A DNA stretch of 37,011 bases from an uncultured Gemmatimonadota bacterium (GCA_964576115.1 CAZNUA010000036.1:1-37011), one strand, 5' to 3'. Counted from the first letter of the stretch, positions 25,283 through 34,747 are shown. Made by a program: numbers and translations. Notes: generated by a model not told the origin, from the letters alone.

Positions 25283-25765
25283 ATGAGAACATTCAGGGTA
25301 TTGCGAGCCCGAAGCAGAGCCCTGCCGATTGTCGCACTTCTCGCGGCGGCAGTGGTCTTCATCGGTGGATGCGAAAGCTCTCTCAAGGCCGAGTACACCT
25401 ACCCGGGAACCTGGGAGGGTTATATCGGTCTGGGTCAACAGACCGACCAGATCGCCACAGGCGACCTGACCATGATTGTCGATAATGACCGGAACGTCAG
25501 TATCTCCGGCAGCATCACGGGCAACTGGAATGTCTACGGCGGCGACTTCGTCCTGGAATTCGAAGGCAACCCCATCATGCGGGTTCACGACGACATCTTC
25601 GGCGAGATCACCATGACCCGCTACCGGGCCGGGATCGACACGACTGAGGTCACCGTCCTCTTCACCGGGGAATTCGCCCCCTACTCGGTGAGCTGTTTCG
25701 GCGACTGGCAAACGGTGACCGGCTCGGCGTTCTCGGGTTCCGGCTCCTGGACGGTGGCCAAGTAG
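25283..25765 (+). CDS. Uncharacterised beta-rich lipoprotein (paralog of 22101..22580)
   Basis: Lipobox-like IGGC; motifs WEGYIGLG, QIATGDLT, RAGIDT and FSGSGSW. Confidence 0.75.
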   Translation: MRTFRVLRARSRALPIVALLAAAVVFIGGCESSLKAEYTYPGTWEGYIGLGQQTDQIATGDLTMIVDNDRNVSISGSITGNWNVYGGDFVLEFEGNPIMRVHDDIFGEITMTRYRAGIDTTEVTVLFTGEFAPYSVSCFGDWQTVTGSAFSGSGSWTVAK

Positions 25766-25836
25766 CTCCAGTCCGGAAACGGTTCTTTTCTGCAATCTCT
25801 GCGTCAGGCGGTTGTATCTGCCGGCGAGATCTTTTT

Positions 25837-26883
25837 CTACCGGCGCAGGCAAAGGTAAACGAAACCGGTGGTTCGTTCCTCACCCGACTCACAGTTGCCG
25901 ATAAGCAGGTCGAGTCGACCGTCCGAGTTCCAGTCGGCCACCCCCAGGCGCAACCGGTAGCCCGGGATAGGGCTGTTCTCTTTCCACCAGGCGGTGAATT
26001 CGCTGTATGAGCCTTCGGTCGGCACCGGCTCGCCGGTGAACACGCTCACCCCGGCCTCGAAGGTGCCCCCGGCCCGGCCGCGGAAGAAGGTCACCCCGGC
26101 GGCCTCGTCCCCGACCAGGATGTCGAGGTAGCCGTCGCCGTCCCAGTCGACCGGCAGTGGGTGCGATTTCGACTGCACTTCCATCGGCTGCCCGCCGGCG
26201 GTGAGCGGTTCGCGCTCCCCGAACTCATACGCGGTCGGGGTGCCCCGGTTCAGGTTCAGGTAGACCTGTCCCATGACGCTGCCGACGACCATGTCGAAGT
26301 CGCTGTCAGAGTCCCAGTCGGTGAAATGGGCCGCGCTCATCCAGCGCCAGAGCCCCATCTCGTCGTCGGGATCCTCGGTGATCACTTCGGGAATGACTTC
26401 GCCGGCTGCCAACCCTCTAGGCGTACCGGGGAAAATGTACACGTCACCGGGGCTGTACTCACCGGTGATCACATCCTCGTAACCGTCGCCGTTCAGATCC
26501 ACAAACTGTGGAGTGAAACCGATGCATCATGACGGGTGCATGGCGGCGTCCTCTCCGGCCGCCTGAAGGAAGAAGAAGTCATCGAACTGCGGCTCGGCGT
26601 CGGTGCCGACGTTGAGGTAGACCCGGCAGCGGCCGGCCGTTTCTCCTACCCCGAACTGCCCGACCAGCAAATCCTTGCGGCCGTCACGGTCGACATCCCA
26701 GACAAAGGGTGCCGCATGGCCGATATCGACCTCGATTGGTTCACCGCCGGCAGTGAGCCGTACCGGAGCCTCGAGTCGGGGCAGGTCGGCGCCGGCACCG
26801 CAGCCGGCCAGGAGCATCAGAGCCGTCGGGACGAACACACCGGTAGACAGGGTTCGGTACACTGGACGCTTCATGGGGGGCAC
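25837..26883 (-). CDS. FG-GAP/VCBS-repeat lipoprotein with in-frame TGA (codon 119); candidate selenoprotein, 348 aa
   Basis: ORFs 26527..26883 and 25837..26502 are in the same frame, separated only by TGA: ..AAMHPS-TGA-CIGFTPQFVDLNGDG.. Lipobox LAGC. Five DxDxDG repeats (DVDRDG, DLNGDG, DWDSDS, DWDGDG, DWNSDG). Confidence 0.8.
26491..26519 (-). promoter_or_regulatory. SECIS-like stem-loop immediately 3' of the in-frame TGA
   Basis: After UGA: lower stem UUCA/UGAA (+10..13/+32..35), upper stem UCCACA/UGUGGA (+15..20/+24..29), apical loop GUU starting at +21. Confidence 0.6.
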
Positions 26884-27264
26884 TCTTCTCCTTCCCGGGC
26901 GGAGCTGACAGAGCTCGTCGGGACCTAAAATCTCAGACTCACACGATTACTGCAACCAAAAGGGGAACCGGTACGTCGAAGTGACAACACGCGGCCTTAC
27001 GAGGGTACCCCGACACGGAAGGATGAGTCCCTGATGACAGCCTCGACTCCGATCCGGATCAGCGCCGGCTCGCTGCCCGGGCCGACTTCCCCTTCCTACC
27101 GGATGCCCTGCGGCACGGCCGAGCCTACCGCCTCTTCGCTCCTCCCGACGACCTGGCCCGGGTGGAGGTGTACCTGATCGATGATCGCCTTTCGGGCAGG
27201 GACCACTGAAGATTCCTTGACCACACGTCCGAGGTTGTGCTTGAAAGAGACGCGGAGGGTCATC

Positions 27265-28116
27265 GTGAGTGTCGTGAAGATCATCTTTCTGGTCCTGGCA
27301 GGGATCATGGTTTGTGCAGGGCTGTGGTTGGGCCTGCGCCGCCTGCGTAGTGAACGCCGCTACGGTCTTCTGAAAACAGAACTGCGGTCCGAACCGGAGC
27401 GCTCCCGGACCGGAGACGTCTTTCGAACCGAACTCGTCGAAGACCTGCCCGACCCGGCCCGCCGCTTTCTCTCTCACGCCATCAAGCCCGGCACGCCGCT
27501 GGCCGGGGGGGCCGAGATCGTCCTGGAAGGCAGCATGCGGCAGTCACCGGATACCCCACGCATGTCGATCCGGGCCGAAGAGATTCTGGTTCCGGGCCGG
27601 GGATTCCTCTGGGATGCGCGCGCCCGCCGGGGACCGGTCACGGTCCGGGTCGTCGATCACTATCTCGGCGGCGAGGGAGCGGTCGAGATTGCCCTTTTCG
27701 GGTTCATACCGCTGGGGCGCGAGAGCGGCCCCGACATCGCCCGTTCCTCGCGGGGGCGGCTGGCGGCCGAGTCGATCTGGGCACCCACCGCCCTTCTCCC
27801 CGGTCCGGGGGTGCGGTGGGAACCGGTCGACGACGAGCACGCCCGGGTGGTGCTGACTGTCGAGGGGGAGGAAACCGCCCTGACCCTGACCATCGACGAT
27901 ACCGGCCGCTGCCGGGAGGTGACGATGCAGCGCTGGGGCGATGCCGGGGTCGAATCCTTCCAGTCACTGCCGTATGGTTTCGCGATCGAAGAAGAAGTGA
28001 GTTCGGAGGGAATCACGGTCGGACGACTTTTCACCGGGGGCTGGTTCTACGGTACCGATCGCTACGATCCCGAGAACGCCAGCACGTTTACCGTCGTCGA
28101 GATCCGCTTTCGCTGA
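27265..28116 (+). CDS. DUF6544-like membrane-anchored protein
   Basis: N-terminal TM, then LPDPARRFLSHAIKPG..LEGSMR..GFLWDA..DHY..GRLAAESIWAPTALLP..VRWEPVDD..RWG. GTG start with GGAGG RBS. Confidence 0.72.
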   Translation: MSVVKIIFLVLAGIMVCAGLWLGLRRLRSERRYGLLKTELRSEPERSRTGDVFRTELVEDLPDPARRFLSHAIKPGTPLAGGAEIVLEGSMRQSPDTPRMSIRAEEILVPGRGFLWDARARRGPVTVRVVDHYLGGEGAVEIALFGFIPLGRESGPDIARSSRGRLAAESIWAPTALLPGPGVRWEPVDDEHARVVLTVEGEETALTLTIDDTGRCREVTMQRWGDAGVESFQSLPYGFAIEEEVSSEGITVGRLFTGGWFYGTDRYDPENASTFTVVEIRFR

Positions 28117-29770
28117 ACCGGGACAGGATTTCCTGTTCGTCATCGACCAGCAGCACGGTCCGATTCCCGGCCGTTCTCGTCCCGCTCTGCAGTCCGGCGA
28201 CATCGCTCGGGATCGTTTCCGCCCCCTCGCCGACCGGCAGAAAGACTTCGGCCGTCGTGCCCCGGCCCGGCTCCGAAAACAGGGTGATCGCCCCCCCGTG
28301 ATTTTTCACGATCCCGTAGACCATCGACAGTCCAAGACCCAAGCCTGCATCCTCTTCCTTGGTCGTGAAGAACGGTTCAAAGACACGGTCGAGGACCTTT
28401 TCGTCCATACCGCATCCTTCATCGCCGATCGTCAGCCGCACGGCCCGCTCGGCCAGCGGTTCCATGGCCTGGGCGACATGGTCTGGGGGTGTGAGTTCGT
28501 CCAGGCGGACCGTGATCGCACCACCGCCGGGCCCGAGCGCATCGCGGGCATTCAACAGCAGGTTCATGATCATCTGACGGATCTGGGCGGCATCGGCCTC
28601 GACGACCGGCAGGCGTGAGACGGGAGTGAAGTCCAGGACAATCTTCGGATCGAGAGTTTCGGTGAGCATACCGGTGATCTCACCCACGATCTCGTTCAGA
28701 TCGACCGGTGCGACCTCGACCTTGCCCCGGCGGGCGAAACCGAGGAGCTGCTCTGTCAGCTCCGCACCCCGGAAGGCGCCGAGTCTGATCTTTTCGATCT
28801 TCGCTGTCTGTTCCGGATTCAGGGAGCCACGCTGCAGCAACAGTTCGGAGTAGCCGAGAATGATACCGAGCAGGTTGTTGAAATTATGGGCGATCCCGCC
28901 GGCCAGCGTACCCAGAGATTCAAGCCGCTGCAGCTGTTCGAGCTGCCGGGTGCGCTCCTCGACTCTCTTCTCGAGAGTGGCGTTGATGGCGGCGATTTCC
29001 TCGAGCGAGTCCTTGAGTGCGCTCTGCATGCTGGTGAAAGAGCTGTACAGGATCCCGACCTCGTCGTTGCTCGTTCCGGTGAGTTCGTGGTCCAGATCGC
29101 CGGCTGCGACAGCACGGGTCTGTTCCACCAGTCGATCGATCGGTTGGGTAATGCGGCGACTGAAGAGCGTGGTCAGTCCCCAGCCCAGGAGGATCGCCGC
29201 CAGGGCGCTGATGATGATCCCCCAGCGCATGCGTGCTACCTCCCGCAGGGTCGGACGCATGCTCACCCCCGCGAAGACATACCCCCAGGTGACGCTTTCT
29301 CCCACCGGACGGATCGGTAGAGTGTAGACCCAGACCCGATCGGTCACCGTACCGATCTTCAGACGCTCCTCACTCACGTCTGTGGACCAATCCCGGCTGT
29401 TCCACAAGCTCACCAGTTCATCGGTACGCGCGCCTTCGGCATATACCTGCGACTCGAGCAGACGGTCGCTGGCATCGAAGACCGCCAGCCAGAGGACATC
29501 CTCGAGATCGGACTCGTGGGCAAGATAAAACCTGATGCTGCTCGTGTTGTAGGTCAGCAGGGCGGGCGTGATCAGGGTGACCAATCCCTCGAGGCGCTCG
29601 CGGGCGTTATCACGGTCGGAGGTGAATAACCGGGCCTGGGCAAAGAAATACAGGAAGGCGAGCAGCAGGATCGCCAGTCCGGCAGAGGTTCCGGCAATCA
29701 GCAGGTTCAGTTTCCAGCGCAGGGGAAACGCGGGCTGGCGTTGTTTTCTGCGGGTGCTTTTCGCCGGCAC
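28088..29770 (-). CDS. Membrane sensor histidine kinase (TM-periplasmic-TM-HAMP-HisKA-HATPase) with truncated receiver domain
   Basis: HAMP (ITQPIDRL..DEVGIL), H-box GGIAHNFNNLL, NLLLNARDA, DEGCGM, FEPFFTTK and GLGLGL. It ends TVLLVDDEQEILSRFSESGSRRR*. Confidence 0.9.
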   Translation of the reverse strand: MPAKSTRRKQRQPAFPLRWKLNLLIAGTSAGLAILLLAFLYFFAQARLFTSDRDNARERLEGLVTLITPALLTYNTSSIRFYLAHESDLEDVLWLAVFDASDRLLESQVYAEGARTDELVSLWNSRDWSTDVSEERLKIGTVTDRVWVYTLPIRPVGESVTWGYVFAGVSMRPTLREVARMRWGIIISALAAILLGWGLTTLFSRRITQPIDRLVEQTRAVAAGDLDHELTGTSNDEVGILYSSFTSMQSALKDSLEEIAAINATLEKRVEERTRQLEQLQRLESLGTLAGGIAHNFNNLLGIILGYSELLLQRGSLNPEQTAKIEKIRLGAFRGAELTEQLLGFARRGKVEVAPVDLNEIVGEITGMLTETLDPKIVLDFTPVSRLPVVEADAAQIRQMIMNLLLNARDALGPGGGAITVRLDELTPPDHVAQAMEPLAERAVRLTIGDEGCGMDEKVLDRVFEPFFTTKEEDAGLGLGLSMVYGIVKNHGGAITLFSEPGRGTTAEVFLPVGEGAETIPSDVAGLQSGTRTAGNRTVLLVDDEQEILSRFSESGSRRR

Positions 29771-29774
29771 GAGC

Positions 29775-31340
29775 TTACCGCCTCCACCAGAATCGTTCGC
29801 ACTGCATATTGCCCGTTCCCAACGGACTCAAGGCTACCCCCTCGAGACCCTCCCGGGTGACATGGACCGAGGCCGTGAAATCGAGAGGAATGATCGGCAC
29901 GTCAGCCAGGATGATCTCCTCGGCCCGGTTCACCAGTTCGAGACGCTCATCACCATCGACGGTAACCAGCGCCTCTTCCAGCAATCGATTCACCTCTTCG
30001 TTCCGGTACGCGAAATAGTTCCCCCACCCTTCGCTGTGAAAGAGATCGTACAGGAAATGGCTCGCGCTCGGCAGATCGGCCGCCCAGGCCATGGTGAAAA
30101 GGGGGGCTGTGCCGGCCTCGATGCGGGCATCGAACTCGGACCAATCCCGGGGACGATAGTCGGTTTCGATTCCGATCCGCGCCCAGGCTTCCCTGATCTT
30201 CAGGTCTTCTTCGTACACCACGTCGGGCGTGCCGACAACGTAATACGGCAGCGGTACGCGGGGAGGTGAAAAGTCACCGGCTCCGGAACCGGCTTCTGCT
30301 TCGACCGGCCGGAAGAGATCGGGGCGATCGATATAGCCGGCCATCCCGGGCGGTATGAGAGCAGTAGCCCGACGGAAGAGCGGATCGTCGGCTGCGATGT
30401 AGTTCTCCCAATCGATCGCTGCCGCGAGCCGGCGGCGCAGGTTCGAGTCGGCGACATCGGGGTGATCGAGGTTGAAGCCGAGGAATTCGAGCGTCATCCC
30501 CTGGCGGCGATGAATACGTACATCCTCCCGCTCGACGTAGCGATCCCAATGCCAGGTAGGCATTTCGACCAGATCGATCTCACCCGCCTCGAACAGCTCC
30601 AGTTCGGTTTCGGCCTCATAGACCGGAACGATACGGATATCGATGGAATCGAGGAAGGCGGGGGATCCGTAATAGTCCTCGAAGCGGGTCAGGACGATTC
30701 TTTCCCGACTCCGTCCGGCCAGGCGGAAGGGACCTGCTCCCTCGCCTGCAGGTCCGGTGATCTTCCACGGCTCGGTCGCCATGATCGCCAGCAGATCGGG
30801 TGCGGGGCGGTCGAAGATGATTTCGACCGTACGCGGCGTGCGGGCCCGCAGGCCTCCGATCCGGGCGCTACGGCCGGCCAGGTACTCGTCCAGACCCGAG
30901 AGTGACTGCAGGGTGGCATGGCCGATGACCGGCTCAAGGGCATTACGGCGGGCCAGTTTGGTGATCGAAGCGACCACATCGGCCGAGGAAATCGGCCGGC
31001 CCGTGTGGAAGGTCAGGTTATCGCGCAGATGAAAGACAAAGTGCCGGAAATTCTCGTCGATCTCCCACCGCTGAGCCAGTCCGGGCATGACATTGAGACT
31101 GACATCGAACTCCACCAGACCTTCGTACATCTGATTGATCAAGCAGGCTTCCTGGGAGCTTGAAAAATCGACGGGACTGAGGGTCGCCATGGGCAGCAGA
31201 GCGAGACGGAGCACACCCCCCGAGCGGGGTGTGGGTCCCCTGACCGGTTCGGGCGAGCGGGGAGCCAGCGCCAGGGCGAGCGCAATGAGAGCTACCCAGG
31301 CGGCGGCGTAGACGGCCAGCGATCGTTTCGAGATACTCAT
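29775..31340 (-). CDS. Family 5 (OppA/DppA-like) ABC substrate-binding protein
   Basis: GGVLRLA..MYEGLVEFD..PGLAQRWEI..FHLR..FHTGRPISSADVVAS, GAGPF and AEEIILADVPIIPL. It ends 4 nt before the kinase start. Confidence 0.92.
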   Translation of the reverse strand: MSISKRSLAVYAAAWVALIALALALAPRSPEPVRGPTPRSGGVLRLALLPMATLSPVDFSSSQEACLINQMYEGLVEFDVSLNVMPGLAQRWEIDENFRHFVFHLRDNLTFHTGRPISSADVVASITKLARRNALEPVIGHATLQSLSGLDEYLAGRSARIGGLRARTPRTVEIIFDRPAPDLLAIMATEPWKITGPAGEGAGPFRLAGRSRERIVLTRFEDYYGSPAFLDSIDIRIVPVYEAETELELFEAGEIDLVEMPTWHWDRYVEREDVRIHRRQGMTLEFLGFNLDHPDVADSNLRRRLAAAIDWENYIAADDPLFRRATALIPPGMAGYIDRPDLFRPVEAEAGSGAGDFSPPRVPLPYYVVGTPDVVYEEDLKIREAWARIGIETDYRPRDWSEFDARIEAGTAPLFTMAWAADLPSASHFLYDLFHSEGWGNYFAYRNEEVNRLLEEALVTVDGDERLELVNRAEEIILADVPIIPLDFTASVHVTREGLEGVALSPLGTGNMQCERFWWRR

Positions 31341-31383
31341 CGGGCGGGATGGTACACCTCCCGCCGCCGGCAGGCAAACGACG

Positions 31384-34083
31384 CTATTCGGTATTCAGTA
31401 CCCGCACCGGATCGATCCGTGAAGCACGCAGGGCCGGCAGCAGGGTGGCTCCAACAGCCGTGACGATGAGCACGGCCACGACCCCGAACCAGGTGATCGG
31501 ATCGAGAGTCGAGGTCTCATAGAGGACCTCGCTCAGGATCGAACTCAGAGCCAGCGCCGCCAGCAGGCCCATTCCGGTCCCGAGCGCGGCCAGTCCGAGC
31601 CCCTGTCCGAGCACCAGCTGGACGATATCACGCCCCGTGGCTCCGACCGCGATCCGCACCCCGATCTCGGGGCCCCGCCGGCTGACCGTATAGCTCATCA
31701 CGCCGACCACTCCCGCGGCGGCGAGCAGCAGGGCTACGGCCGCAAACAGGGAGATCACCAGGGCTGTGGAACGGTATCCGGCGATCGAGTCATTCCGGAT
31801 CCCGTCGTAGCTGCGGATGTCGTAGACGGGCAGTTCGGGATCGAGTTCGCCGACGACCCGGCGCAGGATGGTTGCCGCATCGGCCACCGCGACTGGCGTG
31901 TGCATGACGATCGGTACTTCGAAGATCGGAGGCAGGAGCCACATCGGCATGTAGATCGCATAGCGTTCTTCGGCCGTCAGTCTGCGCTCGCGCAGTGAAG
32001 CGGCAATCCCGATGATGATCGAGGAGCGCTCGGGTGTGGCCCAGAGGTTGACTGTTTTGCCGACTGCGTCGCCCTCGGGGTAGAGGCGGGCAGCCAGGTT
32101 CTCACTGATGACGCACACCCCCCACGCCTGCTCGACATCCTCGAAGGTGAAGTCCCGCCCGGCGTGCAGGGCGATTCCCATGGTGGCGAAGTAGCCGGGC
32201 ATGACCATGCGCCAGTCGGCCGAGAGCCGTTCTTCGCCTTCCTCGAGCGCCCGGGAAGCGGGATCGACCTCCATCGTGGCATTCAGACCGCCGTAGAGGG
32301 CCGTGCCCCCCTGAATGAGGGAGGCGTTTTCGATCTCGGGCACGGCGGTGAGGTTGTGGACCAGGTCGGAGAGAAATGCGTAGGTGGGCATGGTCTCGCT
32401 GTAGCGCGACTCGGGCAGGGTAATGCCGGCACAGATCCGGTCCTCGACCTCGAAACCCGGATCCACGTTACGGACCGCATGGAAGGAACGCAGCAGCAGC
32501 CCGGCACCGATCAGCAGTACGATCGATAGCCCGATCTCGACCACCACCAGCCCCCGGCGCAGCAGGACCGCCCGCCGGCTGCTCCCGCCATGCCGGCCTC
32601 CCTCACGCAGCACTTCGGCGGGCCGGGCCGAACTGGCCTGCAGGGCCGGAATCAGACCGGAGAGAGTCCCGGCCCCGATCGTGATGAGCAGGGTGAAGAG
32701 CAGGACCGGCCAGTCGATGCCGATCTCAGCCAGCCGGGGTACTGCATCGGACGCGATCGCGGGCAGGGCCTCGATCCCCCAGAGTGCCAGCATGATGCCG
32801 ATGAGGCCGCCGCCCAGGGCGAGCAGGAGGGATTCGCTGACCACCTGGCGGATCGCCTGTCCCCGGCCGGCTCCGAAGGCGGTCGCGATGGCGATCTCGC
32901 GCCGCCGGCCCAGGGCCCGGGCGAGCAGCAGGCTGGCCAGATTCACGCAGGCGATGAGCAGCAGCAAGCCGACCGCGGCCATGATCATCCAGAGGGAGGA
33001 ACGTGTCGCAGCGCCGACTAACTGGGAGTCGAAAGAGCGCACGGTCACGCTCCAGCCGGCGTTCGATTCCGGGTACTCCCGGCCGAGTTCGGCGGCCACG
33101 GCCGCCAGATCGTCCCAGGCCTGCTCGACCGTCACCCCCGGATGCATCCGCCCCAGCAGGTTGACGAGGTGATTGTCCCGCGGCCAGGCGGGATCGGGCC
33201 GTAACGGGATCCAGATATCGTAGTTGCCGGGGAAATTGTCGAGTTCGGGCAGCACGCCGACGACGGTCCACGGCTCGCCATCGAGATTCAGGGTCGAGCC
33301 TACGACCTCGGCCACCCCGCCCAGATGGGTCTGCCAGAATTTCGAAGAGATCATCGCCACCCGCGTACCCGCTCCGGCGGCATCCTCCTCGGGGGTGAAG
33401 GAGCGTCCCAGGACAGGCGTAATGCCGAGCATGGCCGGCAGGTTGTGCGTGACCCGGAAGCCCTGCGCCCGGACCGGATGCTCCCCCGGCAGAGCCACAA
33501 AGGTGTGCCAGCTTATGGCCGCCAGTTCGGCGAAGGTGGTGTTGCCATCCCGGAAGCTCAGGTAATTGGAATCCGAGGAAGAGGAGGTCAAACGGCCGCG
33601 CTCCTCGTTCCGTTCCCAGATGAAAACCAGTTCCTCGGGATCGGGATAAGGCAGCGGAGTCAGAACGGCGCCGTTCAGAATCGAGAAGATGATCGTGTTC
33701 ACGGCGATACCCAGCGCCAGGAGCAGAGTCGCAATGGTCGTAAAACCCGGGTTGCGGCGCAGGCGGCGGGCGGCGAATTGCAGATCGCGCCCGATCTCAC
33801 CCAGGATCTCTTTGAGCCGGCGGCGCCGGAGTTCCTCTTCGCCCGATATCTGCAGATCCTTTCTGATCTCGGCCACCCGGCCGAACACCTCCCGGGCGCG
33901 GGCCCGGGCCTGGTCCTCGCTCAGGCCCTGTTCGCGCAGCTCGGCGATCCGGCTCTCGAGGTGAAAATGCAGTTCGTCGTCGATATTGCGCTCCAGGTGC
34001 CGGCCATTCTCCTCGAGCCGGAAGGAATCCCGCCACCGTTCTTCACCGTGCCGGCCGCGATTGCCGCTCTGCTCCTCAACCAC
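31384..34083 (-). CDS. ADOP-type duplicated MacB/FtsX ABC permease with N-terminal prefix domain
   Basis: IDDELHFHLE..GLSEDQARARA..FG prefix; DLQFAARRLRRNPGFT..LALGIAVNT; LLLLIACVNLASLLLAR..RRREIA; VSRRGPEIGVRIAVGA; PALRASRIDP. Confidence 0.93.
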   Translation of the reverse strand: MVEEQSGNRGRHGEERWRDSFRLEENGRHLERNIDDELHFHLESRIAELREQGLSEDQARARAREVFGRVAEIRKDLQISGEEELRRRRLKEILGEIGRDLQFAARRLRRNPGFTTIATLLLALGIAVNTIIFSILNGAVLTPLPYPDPEELVFIWERNEERGRLTSSSSDSNYLSFRDGNTTFAELAAISWHTFVALPGEHPVRAQGFRVTHNLPAMLGITPVLGRSFTPEEDAAGAGTRVAMISSKFWQTHLGGVAEVVGSTLNLDGEPWTVVGVLPELDNFPGNYDIWIPLRPDPAWPRDNHLVNLLGRMHPGVTVEQAWDDLAAVAAELGREYPESNAGWSVTVRSFDSQLVGAATRSSLWMIMAAVGLLLLIACVNLASLLLARALGRRREIAIATAFGAGRGQAIRQVVSESLLLALGGGLIGIMLALWGIEALPAIASDAVPRLAEIGIDWPVLLFTLLITIGAGTLSGLIPALQASSARPAEVLREGGRHGGSSRRAVLLRRGLVVVEIGLSIVLLIGAGLLLRSFHAVRNVDPGFEVEDRICAGITLPESRYSETMPTYAFLSDLVHNLTAVPEIENASLIQGGTALYGGLNATMEVDPASRALEEGEERLSADWRMVMPGYFATMGIALHAGRDFTFEDVEQAWGVCVISENLAARLYPEGDAVGKTVNLWATPERSSIIIGIAASLRERRLTAEERYAIYMPMWLLPPIFEVPIVMHTPVAVADAATILRRVVGELDPELPVYDIRSYDGIRNDSIAGYRSTALVISLFAAVALLLAAAGVVGVMSYTVSRRGPEIGVRIAVGATGRDIVQLVLGQGLGLAALGTGMGLLAALALSSILSEVLYETSTLDPITWFGVVAVLIVTAVGATLLPALRASRIDPVRVLNTE

Positions 34084-34137
34084 GATTCGTGCTCCTCTGA
34101 GCCGGGCGCGAATCCCTGCCTCTCAACCCGACGCCTC

Positions 34138-34491
34138 TCATGGGGACAGATCCCCCCCGGCCACCTGCAATACCCGGCACATGGCTCCGGTGTGCCGCAG
34201 CCATTCCTGCAGGGTCTGCTCGAGTTCGACCCGGCCCTTATCGGTCAACGAATAGAAACGGGCTCGCCTGTTCTTGTCCGATATGCGCCACTCACCCGTA
34301 ATGAAACCTTCCCGTTTGAGCCGGTGCAGGGCGGGATACAGAGCGCCCTCCTCGATCCGCAGTTCATCTGAGGAGAGGCGGGCGATCTCGTTGGCGATAC
34401 CGAAACCGTGCAGCGGCCCGGTCGTGTGCAGAGTTCGCAGGATCAGCAGGTCGATCGAGCCGTACAGAGTATTCGCGGGTATGCGGGACAT
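34138..34491 (-). CDS. PadR-family transcriptional regulator (ADOP-associated type)
   Basis: LYGSIDLLILRTL..PLHGFGIA..IEEGALYPALHRL..W..SDKNRRARFYSLTDKGR, with GGAGG RBS. Confidence 0.94.
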   Translation of the reverse strand: MSRIPANTLYGSIDLLILRTLHTTGPLHGFGIANEIARLSSDELRIEEGALYPALHRLKREGFITGEWRISDKNRRARFYSLTDKGRVELEQTLQEWLRHTGAMCRVLQVAGGDLSP

Positions 34492-34538
34492 CGATCCTCC
34501 CTCATTCGGTCGTGCGGGCGGCGGTTGCGCCCGTCGTA

Positions 34539-34570
34539 TACCTGAGCGGCTTACGTGAGCTGCTTAGGTA
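34539..34570. promoter_or_regulatory. Palindromic, doubly repeated operator upstream of padR
   Basis: TACCTGAGCGGCTTACGTGAGCTGCTTAGGTA contains two overlapping imperfect copies of TACCTRAGC-N-GCTYAGGTA with 13-bp periodicity. Confidence 0.6.
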
Positions 34571-34747
34571 ATACGGCCTGCCGATCTCATATGTTTCACC
34601 CATTCAGCCCCCGCCCGGTCCGGGCAAAGAAAGAACAGGCAGATGTACGTAACTATTCGTATAACCAGCCGTACGGTGTCGATACATGGTGAGTTCAAAC
34701 ACATGGCGATTTCAAACCGGTTCGTATCCCAACCAGCGAGGCAGCCC

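Noticed and set aside
26527-26529. Genome-wide TGA reassignment (Trp or Gly) as the explanation for the in-frame TGA
   Set aside because: TGA is clearly used as stop elsewhere (abiEi, nadA, gltX, ATGA overlaps) and Trp is encoded by TGG.
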